Position numbers and translations under genes: made by a program
The notes under the pieces: generated by a model
What the model was told of the DNA's origin: nothing
Seen by the model: the letters and a program-made list of their open reading frames with translations, nothing else
The model's database searches: none
Part shown: positions 48,916 to 58,401 of the stretch, one piece after another
How the letters are laid out: each line of letters opens with the position of its first letter
Position numbering within the stretch: position 1 is the stretch's first letter
NCBI GenBank assembly: GCA_964632155.1
Contig: CAZWBH010000006.1
Location: forward strand, 7,558-71,557
DNA length: 64,000 bases
Origin: an uncultured Mailhella sp.
GTDB lineage: Bacteria; Desulfobacterota; Desulfovibrionia; Desulfovibrionales; Desulfovibrionaceae
Reading direction: 5' to 3'

Positions 48916-50907
48916 ATGGCGGAAACCATCCATCAGTTTCGTGCAGAGACCTGCAAGCTACTCAATATACTCACCCATTCCCTTTATACCAATCACGAAA
49001 TTTTCCTTCGGGAGCTTTTATCCAACGCCTCAGACGCTCTGGAAAAGATGCGTTTCCTTCAGGCTGCGGGAACGGAAGTTCGCGAACCTGCGTTACCGCT
49101 TGAGATCTCCATTTCGGCGGACAAAGATGCCCATACCCTGACGGTGAGTGATACGGGTGCGGGGATGACGGAACAGGAAATGATTAACAATTTGGGTACC
49201 ATTGCCCGTTCCGGATCCGAGGCCTTTCTGCGTGAACACGAGGCCAGGAGCAAACAGCCGGTCGAGGATACTGCGGCCAAGCCTGAACAAGACGCCGAAG
49301 TCAAGGACGATGAAGAAACCATTGTTGAGCGTGACGACAGCAAGCCTGACGATGCTGCGCAGATTATCGGGCGCTTCGGTATTGGCTTTTATTCCGTGTT
49401 CATGGTGGCGAGCAAGGTGGAAGTAACCTCTGTTCCGGCCACGGGCGACGGTACACCCCACCGCTGGATTTCGGACGGCACGGGTTCTTTTACCGTGAGC
49501 GTCGTGGAGGGGAAGGAAGCCGAAAACCTGTGCCGCGGTACGGCGGTAAAGCTTTTCCTGCGGGATGACGCCCATGAATACGAAGAAAAGTACCGCCTGG
49601 AAGGGATCATTCGCAAACATTCCCATTTTTTGCCTTTTGCCATTCAGCTTGAGGGAGAGCGGGTTAACACCACGGCAGCCCTGTGGCGCGAACCAAAATT
49701 TTCTGTGACCAGGGAGCAGTATAACGAGTTTTATAAGTTTTTGACCTATGACCAGACGGAACCTTTGGATGTGATCCATCTGGCCGTGGACGCGCCGGTG
49801 CAGTTCAACTGCCTTTTGTATATTCCCGGGACAAAGGTGGAGGCCTTTGACGAGCGCCGCGAGGAGTGGGGTCCGGATCTTTATGTCCGCCGCGTACTCA
49901 TAGAAAAACAGAACAAGGATCTTCTGCCGCACTATTTTGCCTTCATCAAGGGCGTGGTGGACACGGAAGACCTGCCCCTGAACATTTCCCGCGAGACGCT
50001 TCAGGAAAACACCGTGCTGCGCAAGATTTCTCAGACCATGACGCGTCAGCTCCTCAGCCATCTGGAAAAGCTGGCCGCAAGCGATCCGGAAAAGTACGCG
50101 GCACTCTGGAAGCTGCACGGCAAATATATCAAGTTTGGCTTCGACAGCTTCCAGTACAAGGATCGCATCGCGCCGCTCCTGCGCTACGCCACCACGGAAG
50201 ACAAAGACAAGATCTTCAGCTTGGACGACTACCTTTCGCGCATGAAGGCTGGGCAGAAGGAGATATGGTTTGTGGCGGCCTCTTCGCTGGAAGCCGCGAC
50301 CGTCAACCCACACCTGGGCCAGTTCCGGCGCAAGGGGCTGGAAGTGCTTTTGCTCACGGAGCCGGTGGATGAATTTGCCCTGGACGCCCTTGGGGAATAC
50401 AAGGAACATCCGTTCAAATCTGTGGAACTTGCCGAAGCCAAAGACTTGGAGTCGTTTGCGGACGTGGAGAACAATGAGTCCAAGGCCGCACCGCTTACGG
50501 AAGAGGAAAAGCCGGAACTGGACGCCCTCATCAGCGCCATGAAGGCCATACTGGGTGATCAGGTGAAGGATGTGCGCGCCAGCACGCGGGCCATCGACGG
50601 CGCGGCTTGCCTTGTTTCTCCAGACGGCATGACGTCTTCCATGGAAAAGCTCATGCGCGTTATGCAGAAGAGTGAAGGCATTCCCAAGAAGGTGCTGGAA
50701 CTCAATCCCGACCACGCACTGGTGCGAGACCTCATGCGCATCTGCCGCGGCGACGCGGAAGACACGCTGTTCAAAGATATGGTGAACAGCCTCTACGATA
50801 GCACGCTGCTACTCGACGGTTACATGAATGACCCCCTGGCCATGGCGGAACGCAGTATACGCTTGCTCAGGCAGACCGCCGATATGTATTCCAACCTGCG
50901 CAAGTAG
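48916..50907 (+). CDS. htpG: Molecular chaperone HtpG (Hsp90)
   Basis: LLNILTHSLYTNHEIFLRELLSNASDALEK and GRFGIGFYS. AAAGGAG RBS 7 nt before ATG 48916. Confidence 0.93.
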   Translation: MAETIHQFRAETCKLLNILTHSLYTNHEIFLRELLSNASDALEKMRFLQAAGTEVREPALPLEISISADKDAHTLTVSDTGAGMTEQEMINNLGTIARSGSEAFLREHEARSKQPVEDTAAKPEQDAEVKDDEETIVERDDSKPDDAAQIIGRFGIGFYSVFMVASKVEVTSVPATGDGTPHRWISDGTGSFTVSVVEGKEAENLCRGTAVKLFLRDDAHEYEEKYRLEGIIRKHSHFLPFAIQLEGERVNTTAALWREPKFSVTREQYNEFYKFLTYDQTEPLDVIHLAVDAPVQFNCLLYIPGTKVEAFDERREEWGPDLYVRRVLIEKQNKDLLPHYFAFIKGVVDTEDLPLNISRETLQENTVLRKISQTMTRQLLSHLEKLAASDPEKYAALWKLHGKYIKFGFDSFQYKDRIAPLLRYATTEDKDKIFSLDDYLSRMKAGQKEIWFVAASSLEAATVNPHLGQFRRKGLEVLLLTEPVDEFALDALGEYKEHPFKSVELAEAKDLESFADVENNESKAAPLTEEEKPELDALISAMKAILGDQVKDVRASTRAIDGAACLVSPDGMTSSMEKLMRVMQKSEGIPKKVLELNPDHALVRDLMRICRGDAEDTLFKDMVNSLYDSTLLLDGYMNDPLAMAERSIRLLRQTADMYSNLRK

Positions 50908-50918
50908 CGGAGAAAGAC

Positions 50919-51269
50919 ATGAGCGACTACGATCTTGTTATCCATGTGGACGACAACGACGCTGGCCGGCTGGGGCTGGCCTTTAACAATGTGGTCAATT
51001 ACACGGTGGCTCTGCCCGCGGAGAGCTTTCAGGTGGCAATGGTGGTCAACGGCCCTGCCGTACAGCTTTTGACCGCTAGCCAGGAGAATCTGGCCGAAAC
51101 GGGCGCAGAACTCATGAAAAAAGGGCTACGCATAAAAGTCTGCCGGAACGCCCTTCGCAAATTCGGCATTGCCGAAGAAGCCCTGTGGCCTGGGTTAGAG
51201 GTTGTACCTGCGGGTATTGTTGAAATCGTCAAACTTCAGCGCGGCGGCTTTCTGTATCTCAGACCCTGA
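50919..51269 (+). CDS. DsrE/DsrF-like family protein
   Basis: 116 aa. LVIHVDDND...VVNGPAVQLL...KVCRNAL...VPAGIVEIVKLQ is a DsrE-fold pattern. Confidence 0.6.
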   Translation: MSDYDLVIHVDDNDAGRLGLAFNNVVNYTVALPAESFQVAMVVNGPAVQLLTASQENLAETGAELMKKGLRIKVCRNALRKFGIAEEALWPGLEVVPAGIVEIVKLQRGGFLYLRP

Positions 51270-51295
51270 AGTCGTTTGACAGTCCGCCCGAAGAA

Positions 51296-51335
51296 AGTCT
51301 CCCGCCTTTTTTGTTTTGTGGAAAGGCGGGGGACT
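51296..51335. terminator. Candidate bidirectional hairpin between convergent genes
   Basis: AGTCTCCCGCC (51296-51306) pairs with GGCGGGGGACT (51325-51335) with one G-T pair. T-runs flank it on both strands. The loop is long (18 nt). Confidence 0.4.
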
Positions 51336-51353
51336 TTTATGTTTGTCGTAACG

Positions 51354-52721
51354 TTAGAACTTGTAGCCGAGAGTCACACCGAAGTTATGAGCGTAGCTGT
51401 TGTGCGCGTTGCCTTCGTGAACGCTAAGTACCCCCGATGCGTTGTAGGAATTCTTGGGATAGTTCAGCGTGCGCACATCAATATAGGTATAGGCGAGGTC
51501 AAGAGTCCAGTTTTCATGTTTGAAGCCCGCGCCTATCGTATAGTAATTGCGCCCGTTGGAAGGCACGAGGTAGTCGGGATAGCCCGAGTTTTTGAGGGGA
51601 GAGGTCTCGTAGGTGAAGCCAGCGCGCAGGGTGAGCCAATCAAGGGGGGAGTATTCCGCACCGAAGGTGAAGGCCCAGGTATCGTGCCAGTCCTTCTGTT
51701 CGTGGAACTGTGGAGTCACATCGTTGTACATATTGATATCCAGGTTGCGGTAGCGGCTCCACACCGTATAGCCGAGATCAGCCTCAAAGCTTAGATTCTC
51801 CAGAGGTTTATACATAACGCCCATGGTAATGACATCCGGCACCGAGAGTTTTCCTTTAGCGTTGCAACTTTGCATTTGAGCCTGAAGCAAACCATCATAG
51901 CGATCGCCTTGGAAGCGGAAACGGTTTTTTCCGTGGAATGTCATATCTTCCTTGGAGCGATAAGCCAGACCGGCGCTCCACTGATCGCTGAATTTGGCGT
52001 GTAATCCGAGGTTGAAACCGAAGGCATAGCCGTTTTCGGAATGCATTCGGGCATCGGCATGAGTAAGAGGATAGCCACCCATGCCGAGATTATACTGCTG
52101 ATTTAGGCTCAGGTAGCCCCAAGTATAACTCACGCCGGCGCTCACCGACCAAGTATCGTTGAGTTTGAAAGCAATGCTGGGGTTAATAGTGGAGGAAAGT
52201 AGAGTCACGGACTTCAGAACACCGGTCAGTTGGGCGCCCCCAAGCACTGCGGCGCCTGGAGTAGCGGTCGATGGTCTGCCCCAGTTATCTGCAAACTGTG
52301 AACCTAAGCCGTAACGTGTGAACATACCCAGGCCAAACCACACGCGATCGTTGAGCTGATGGGTGAGATAAAGGTGGGGGATGGGCCAGACCTGATTCGA
52401 GCTGGATACCGTCGTGTTCGTGTCTTTGCGGTAGAGATCAATATTCAGCATGGACACGGCCATGCCGACCTGGACGGATGTGCCGGGAATCTGGGTGATG
52501 CCTGCGGGGTTATAGGCCATAGCGGAAGCATCGTCGGCGCGGGCGACCATACCGCCGGCAGGACCGCAACCAAGTGCCATACCTCTGGCACTCCATTCTG
52601 TAAGAGTGAAACCTTCAGCCCAGGCGCTGGAAATTGGCCCGGCAAACAGCAAACACAGTGTCAGCGGCAGAGTAACTGTCACGGCGACAAAAAATCGCCG
52701 CATCCTTTGAGATACGTTCAT
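51354..52721 (-). CDS. FadL/OmpP1/TodX-family outer-membrane transport protein
   Basis: Signal peptide MNVSQRMRRFFVAVTVTLPLTLCLLFAG..AWA, beta-barrel alternation, and a C-terminal ...GVTLGYKF. Confidence 0.8.
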   Translation of the reverse strand: MNVSQRMRRFFVAVTVTLPLTLCLLFAGPISSAWAEGFTLTEWSARGMALGCGPAGGMVARADDASAMAYNPAGITQIPGTSVQVGMAVSMLNIDLYRKDTNTTVSSSNQVWPIPHLYLTHQLNDRVWFGLGMFTRYGLGSQFADNWGRPSTATPGAAVLGGAQLTGVLKSVTLLSSTINPSIAFKLNDTWSVSAGVSYTWGYLSLNQQYNLGMGGYPLTHADARMHSENGYAFGFNLGLHAKFSDQWSAGLAYRSKEDMTFHGKNRFRFQGDRYDGLLQAQMQSCNAKGKLSVPDVITMGVMYKPLENLSFEADLGYTVWSRYRNLDINMYNDVTPQFHEQKDWHDTWAFTFGAEYSPLDWLTLRAGFTYETSPLKNSGYPDYLVPSNGRNYYTIGAGFKHENWTLDLAYTYIDVRTLNYPKNSYNASGVLSVHEGNAHNSYAHNFGVTLGYKF

Positions 52722-52937
52722 AGATTCCTCTGAAAAAAAGTACGGCATAAAGCCAAAAAATACGTCATACCGCTCAATGCGGTACGTCCCGCTCCCTCTC
52801 CAGAGCAGAACAGCGACGGAGAAAAACTATACCCCTTTCGGGCAAAAAGAAAGTCCTAATAGCAGGGATGCGGGGCAATTTTGGAAGAATTTTTGGAAAT
52901 TATGCTAAATCTTCTGTGCCTGCAGGATAGCTTTCGT

Positions 52938-53669
52938 TTAACGTCTTTTCCAGATAAAACTCCCCTGCCTTCCGTCCGCGCTACCGAATGCCCGCGCATG
53001 GCGATAGGAAAAGAATAAATCATGATTTTCAAAAGTACACAGATCTAGGGAAAGGATTTGACGCTTCGGGATGCCCGCCTGGGCGAGCTGTTCCCGTGCT
53101 AGGCTCCAGAGATCCATGCTACGGAGACTGGCGTCGTACCAAGAAAGAAAGTCTTCGCCCCATTCGCTGTCGAAGCGACGGAATTCGGAAGCCGCAGGGC
53201 CAAGACTGGGACCTCGTACCGCCCACACGTCCGTGGGGTTGACGCTGTAGTGCGCGCAGCACTCTTCTACCGCGAGGCGCGGATAGTTTTGGCGGTTTCC
53301 TTTCCACCCGGAGTGTATGGCCGCAATAAAGCGCCCGTCGTTGTGTGCAAGGAGTATGGGCTGGCAGTCGGCAGTTTTAACCATGAGAGCATACCCTGCG
53401 CGTTCCGTTGCCAGACCATCAGCTTCGATTTCGGCTGCCTGCGTTGGATCCTGCGCTTCAGGCTCGAAAAGCGTGCGTACGCCGTGTACCTGGCGCACCT
53501 CGGCAAAAGCCTCCACACCAAGGAATGTACAAAGCGAGGCGCGTCGCGTTCTCTCCGCCTGCCCGGCTCCAGGAACATCAAGAGATAGATTGCCGAAGAT
53601 CCTTGTGCTGAATGCGCAACACACATGGGCAAGCCCTGGAAAACGGAAGGGAATTAAATCAAAGGGCAT
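52938..53669 (-). CDS. pgeF: YfiH/PgeF laccase-domain protein (purine nucleoside phosphorylase / peptidoglycan editing factor family)
   Basis: TADCQPILL and AAIHSGWKG are DUF152 signatures. I chose the internal ATG at 53669. Confidence 0.8.
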   Translation of the reverse strand: MPFDLIPFRFPGLAHVCCAFSTRIFGNLSLDVPGAGQAERTRRASLCTFLGVEAFAEVRQVHGVRTLFEPEAQDPTQAAEIEADGLATERAGYALMVKTADCQPILLAHNDGRFIAAIHSGWKGNRQNYPRLAVEECCAHYSVNPTDVWAVRGPSLGPAASEFRRFDSEWGEDFLSWYDASLRSMDLWSLAREQLAQAGIPKRQILSLDLCTFENHDLFFSYRHARAFGSADGRQGSFIWKRR

Positions 53670-54239
53670 GGCGGAATTTCCTTGAAATAGCAGAGATTCA
53701 AAGGTACGGAAAAGGATCGACAACTTTGGTGTGTTAATGTCAAAGCACTCAGGCGTTCCTAATAGTCAGAGCAAGCAGACGATAGCAGAGGGCGGCTGCC
53801 GGGGCAAGAGAAGGTGCTATGATTTCTTTGTTTATCGACCTTTTCTCGTAATTTTTTCTTTCCCGCTAAAGAAACTTATTTTGACGTCTCTTTTCCTTTG
53901 TCAAACGATAAAAAATAGTCTATGAATTTTCTCACGGAATGTTTTTGGCGGGTGTGATGTGTTTTCGCCAAGACGCCCGATCCGCCAAGCGAATCAAGGG
54001 TAAAATATTTTGCCCTTTTTCGTCCCTTGGTAGGGCCGGTGTTCCATCCTTGCTCGGCCACTGCGAATTTTTGTTCCAGAAAATGGATATTTCCCCTATG
54101 CCGGATGCCCGTTCGGAACCCGTACCTTTGAACCATGACTGCAACATCCTTCCTTTATCAGGAGTCATAAGCCATTGTTTCAGGGGGGATTGTTTGCTGT
54201 GGCGCCAGACAGGTGTGGGTAGCGCCGGGAGATCTTCAT

Positions 54240-54790
54240 GGGCATATTCATCGTGTTCCGGATATCCCTGAACTAGAGTGGGCAGAAGGTATCATCCTCA
54301 CAGAGGATTTGACAACGCTTGTCGGCGTAGTTGCGGCCCGTGCGGTGATAGAGGCTTTCCACGCCGTTCAACCTGTGTTTTCGCCCAAATTGACAACACA
54401 GATCGCCAGGAGGTGGACGACTGGCTTGAAGTTCAGGACATTACCTGCATCGCAAGGTGCGGAATCTTGGTGCTGGAGTTGCGCTTCTTGGTGTAGTCGG
54501 CTCCACATTCATCTTCATGGGAACACCATCGGAATTTCCGGAGGTCTAGTTTTCTGTGTGAGTGGAGGAGTTTGCTGTACAGACAAGAGTCCACAGAGAA
54601 CTTGTCCTGATTTTGCTTGTCCACCACACCGTATTTGACAGTGCGACGAACAGTGGAACCCCTGTTTGGATCCACCGCAATGTGGGATTTATAGAGGAAT
54701 ATCAGCCTACCTTCTGTATTTATGGACATTCCATTCGTCCTCCAACATCCAGAAACTGGGATCCACACTTGTGATAAACCTTGGAGCGTT
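54240..54790 (-). pseudogene. Frame-broken reverse-transcriptase-like remnant (tentative)
   Basis: Ordered, degenerate motifs appear on the minus strand. IAVDPNRGSTVRR (54643-54681) resembles IPKxxGxxR. TVKYGVVDKQNQ has the same spacing as LGIPTFEDKIVQ of the LtrA RT. FRWCSHED (54511-54534) resembles FRPxRSxHxA. ADYTKKRNSSTKIPH (54457-54501) resembles DIKxxFDxIxH. After a frame change comes NYADK (54318-54332), resembling YADD. Several stops and shortened spacings are present. Confidence 0.3.
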
Positions 54791-54843
54791 CACCCATGCA
54801 CAGACTGGATACGGATAAATGAGCAAAAATTTTTGAGGAACCC

Positions 54844-57705
54844 ATGAGTCAAAACCCGTCTCTTAACGAAGAAAGCATTGAAGAAGTAAACGTTAAAAAC
54901 CAAAACAGCGAAACCGCAAAAACCGAAACGGAAGCAAAACCTGGTCGCCGCGGGAGAAAAAAGAAGATGGATTCTTCAGGAGAAGAAAACGCTGCCTCCC
55001 CCAGGAGACGTCGCACGGCTAAAACGACCGAAAATTCTCAGGAAACCGGGAATGTTAAGGATCAGGTCAATGCCGTGCTTTCTCCGCCCCTTGCGCCCAT
55101 CGCCTCTGAACTCGCGCGTGACGGGATCCAGCCGTCCGTCAAAAAGCGCAGAGGGCGTCCGCGCAAGAACCCTGTTGAGGAAAACGTTGCGGAAAGCCTG
55201 CCTTCGGAAGAATTGACTGAAGAGCCTGCGCGTAATACTCGAAGCTCAAGGCGCTCCCGTAAGGCCAAAGAATTTTCTGATACAGAAAGCATCGGGAAGA
55301 CGTCTGGCGAGATCCTCTCTTTCCCTGTGACTTCTGAGCCGGAAGAAACCGCGCAATTCGTTCCTCTTCCTTCGCCTTCTATTTCTATGGAAAACACTGA
55401 TGTTGCTCCATCGTCTGCGGAAAATACCACAGACATACAACTCGCGGCGGAGGCCAACGCTATCCCCAACCGTCAAAAATTGCGTACCGGCAAACCCCGT
55501 TCCGCGGAGGTGAACCTTCAAACAGAGCCTGGTAATCAGGATCGTGAGGCTGATCCCATTCCCGAGAATGACTTGGGAAACCGTGTTAAGTCTCAACCCC
55601 GTGCTGATGTTTGGGTGGATGATGCCGTTGTCACCAACATTCTGCCTGTGGAAGGCTCCTTTGGGGATATCCGGTCACATTACAGGGTCAATTCCCGAAC
55701 CCGCAGGAAGCGCGACAGGGACGCTCAGCCACTGTCCAATGCTTCTCCCTATCTGGCCGAACCTTATCAGCAAAACTTTTTCCCGTCATTTACCGGCATG
55801 GAGGGTGACGATTTCGCCAGGGGACGCAGATCTCGCAACGGGCGCGCCCGCGTGCGCCGTAATACCCAGAATCGTTCCGCACAGCCAGAAGAGTTTAATT
55901 TCAACACCGCCATGTTGAATGACAGCATTCTTGGAGTGGCCCTTAGTCAGCGTGAAGAAAACTTTCTTCCCGAGGACGATGGCCCGCAACCTGTACTCCC
56001 CGATCAGCCTGTGGCTGTGCTTCCAGTCAAGGCGACTAGCGAAGAAGATCTCGAAGCATTAGATGCTGCGGTTAACGGAAACAGCATTGTCACTCCCAAG
56101 GCGAATCGTGAACATTCGGCATCACGGAAAGGTCGTAGCTCCGAGACGGCAAGAAACAGTGAAAAAGCTCGCACAGCTGATAAGGCGAAAAATGAAAAGC
56201 CTGCCGAAGTTTTTCCTGCCATCCGCCGTGTACTCTACGTTAGCTCCGTGCCCGATGAACAGGTGGAAGTTGCTATTGCTGAAGACGGTAACCTTGTGGA
56301 ATATTTTGTGGAAATGGCCCATCAGGTAAAAATTCGAGGCAATATTTACAAGGGGGTTATCAATAATCTTGATTCCAATCTTCAGGCAGCCTTTGTGAAC
56401 TTCGGCAACGGGAAAAACGGTTTTCTTCAAATTGATGAAGTTCATCCTGAGTATTACCTTACTCCCCATGATCCTGTGCATGGATCCAAGTATCCGCCCA
56501 TACAGAAGGTTCTGAAGGTCGGCCAGGAACTTCTGGTGCAAGTGGTCAGAGAGCCTTCCGGAGCCAAGGGAGCTTTTTTGACAACGTGGATAACCATCGC
56601 GGGGCGTTTTCTGGTACTCACTCCAGGGCAGGAGCAGATTGGTGTTTCCCGCAAGGTGGAGGACGCCGAAGAGCGCGCACGACTCAAGGAATTGCTTAGC
56701 GGTATTCAGCCCGGTGAAAACATGGGCGTTATTATCCGCACAGCCAGTGAAGGCGCGAGCAAATCTAGTATACAGCAGGATATGCAATATCTGAATATGC
56801 TGTGGAAAGATCTGCGCAAACGGGCGGCACAGGAAAAAAGTCCTTGCCTCATCTATCAGGAAGCAGATCTTGTTACCCGATCCGTGCGTGATTATCTCTC
56901 CGAAGACATTGAGGAAATTTGGGTTGATGATGAAGCTGTCAAGAAGCGTGTGGAAGATACGGCGGCTCTCATTTTCCCCGAAAGAGTTCATGAGATCGTA
57001 AAACTCCACATGGATCAGCGTCAGACGCTGTGGGATCGCTTCAACCTTACCAAACAAATCGACTCCGTGACGAGCAGAGAAGTATTGCTACCCTCGCGCG
57101 GGAGGCTTGTCTTCGATCAGACGGAAGCTCTTATGGCCATTGACATTAATTCGGGCAAAACCCAAGGCAAGAGCAATTTTGAGGCCATGGTCTTCCGTAC
57201 CAATATGGAAGCGGCAGAGACCATTGCCAGGCATCTGCGTCTGCGCGATATCGGCGGGCAGGTAGTCATCGATTTCATCGAAATGCGGGACAAAAGCCAT
57301 TGCCGCGAGGTAGAACACGCCCTGCGCAACGCCATGCGCCGCGACAAGGCGCGCCATGATATCGGTCACATGAGTTCTTTCGGTTTGCTGGAACTTGTCC
57401 GCCAGCGTACAGGAACATCGGCCATTTCTATCTCCTGCGAACCCTGTCCCCACTGTCACGGCACAGGATTGCGCCGCAACATGGAATGGCAGTCCCTTCA
57501 GGCACTGCGAGATCTTCAGGCCAAGCTTTACAAGGCAAGTGTACACCCAAAGAATAAAAAGGAGACGTCAAAATTTGGCGAGCCTGCCACGTTCGTCTAT
57601 GAAAACGAACTGGAACTGGCGCTCTATCTGCTCAATCGCAAACGTGACAGATTGGCCGTTTTGGAAGAAAAGTTCGGTGTTCATATTGAGATCAGGCCCA
57701 AATAA
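54844..57705 (+). CDS. rne: Ribonuclease E (Rne/Rng family) with a long N-terminal disordered extension
   Basis: The C-terminal ~490 aa carry the S1 domain (GNIYKGVINNLDSNLQAAFVNFG), DFIEM, and the Zn-link CPHCHGTG. The first ~460 aa are Arg/Ser/Glu/Pro-rich. Confidence 0.9.
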   Translation: MSQNPSLNEESIEEVNVKNQNSETAKTETEAKPGRRGRKKKMDSSGEENAASPRRRRTAKTTENSQETGNVKDQVNAVLSPPLAPIASELARDGIQPSVKKRRGRPRKNPVEENVAESLPSEELTEEPARNTRSSRRSRKAKEFSDTESIGKTSGEILSFPVTSEPEETAQFVPLPSPSISMENTDVAPSSAENTTDIQLAAEANAIPNRQKLRTGKPRSAEVNLQTEPGNQDREADPIPENDLGNRVKSQPRADVWVDDAVVTNILPVEGSFGDIRSHYRVNSRTRRKRDRDAQPLSNASPYLAEPYQQNFFPSFTGMEGDDFARGRRSRNGRARVRRNTQNRSAQPEEFNFNTAMLNDSILGVALSQREENFLPEDDGPQPVLPDQPVAVLPVKATSEEDLEALDAAVNGNSIVTPKANREHSASRKGRSSETARNSEKARTADKAKNEKPAEVFPAIRRVLYVSSVPDEQVEVAIAEDGNLVEYFVEMAHQVKIRGNIYKGVINNLDSNLQAAFVNFGNGKNGFLQIDEVHPEYYLTPHDPVHGSKYPPIQKVLKVGQELLVQVVREPSGAKGAFLTTWITIAGRFLVLTPGQEQIGVSRKVEDAEERARLKELLSGIQPGENMGVIIRTASEGASKSSIQQDMQYLNMLWKDLRKRAAQEKSPCLIYQEADLVTRSVRDYLSEDIEEIWVDDEAVKKRVEDTAALIFPERVHEIVKLHMDQRQTLWDRFNLTKQIDSVTSREVLLPSRGRLVFDQTEALMAIDINSGKTQGKSNFEAMVFRTNMEAAETIARHLRLRDIGGQVVIDFIEMRDKSHCREVEHALRNAMRRDKARHDIGHMSSFGLLELVRQRTGTSAISISCEPCPHCHGTGLRRNMEWQSLQALRDLQAKLYKASVHPKNKKETSKFGEPATFVYENELELALYLLNRKRDRLAVLEEKFGVHIEIRPK

Positions 57706-57755
57706 CAAAGGGAACAAGCTCGGCACTCCACGAATAGAGGCCATTGGGAGTTCAT

Positions 57756-58256
57756 GTGCTGAAAATTCTGATAGTTCTCCTCATTATCGGATGTTTCATT
57801 TTTTCTTTTTACCAGAGGGATGGGGCGGAATTGTCACCAACGGTCGCTCGACCGCAGGTTGTGGATGATTCAGTCTTTACTTCTCTGAAAAAAGTTCTGC
57901 CTCCTGTCCTTTTTGAGAAGGATATTAAGCCCTTTCTTGAGAAAAACAGGCAAGGGGGACTCAACGCGGAACAGCTTAACGCTCTTATGGAAAAGCTGGA
58001 CGCCATAGCCGAGGCTTTGGGTGGAAAAACAGAGTCTGCCGTGCTGGAAATTTTGAAAAAAACGCCAGGCTTTTACCCGAGGAAAAGCAAACTTGAGCGT
58101 GCCGTTGATATCGCGGGTTCCTTTGCTGAAGAGGCGGCAGACGGGCTGAGAACGCGTCTTCCCGCACTGAAACGAATGGCTCAGGACGTGTTTCATGGCA
58201 TGGTCATGTGGATTTCCCGTTTCCTTGGTATTGTGGCAAACGTTTTTTCAGAATGA
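57756..58256 (+). CDS. Hypothetical membrane-anchored protein
   Basis: (M)LKILIVLLIIGCFIFSF is a TM segment, followed by a helical soluble part. GTG 57756 has GGGAG 5 nt upstream. The frame is open from TTG 57744. Confidence 0.45.
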   Translation: MLKILIVLLIIGCFIFSFYQRDGAELSPTVARPQVVDDSVFTSLKKVLPPVLFEKDIKPFLEKNRQGGLNAEQLNALMEKLDAIAEALGGKTESAVLEILKKTPGFYPRKSKLERAVDIAGSFAEEAADGLRTRLPALKRMAQDVFHGMVMWISRFLGIVANVFSE

Positions 58257-58401
58257 AACAGGATAATACCTCAAAAGAGGATGGGTCTTCCGCAACCTTG
58301 GACTGGCGAGGAAAGGAAGGCCTGCCCGAAATGCAAACGACCCTACCGGATTTTAGTCCGGCAGGGCCGCTATGCTGGAAAGATCGTTCCGAGAGGGAGT
58401 G

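Noticed and set aside
49093-50715. 540-aa minus-strand ORF inside htpG
   Set aside because: It is antisense to a well-supported Hsp90 gene. The sequence is repetitive and Arg/His/Gly-rich.
53890-54240. Tyrosine-recombinase-like patches (MKISRRYPHL, FKGTGSERASGI, HHTRQKHS)
   Set aside because: The matches are very short, are spread over three frames, and lack the catalytic R/H/Y context. This is not enough to call.
54433-54768. TnpB-like reading of the 111-aa ORF (SVDSC...C..ECG...KRNSSTKI as a zinc finger plus RuvC-III)
   Set aside because: Only two short patches fit and the catalytic Asp residues are absent. The RT-like interpretation explains more motifs, in the correct order and with correct local spacing. 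Both readings remain tentative.
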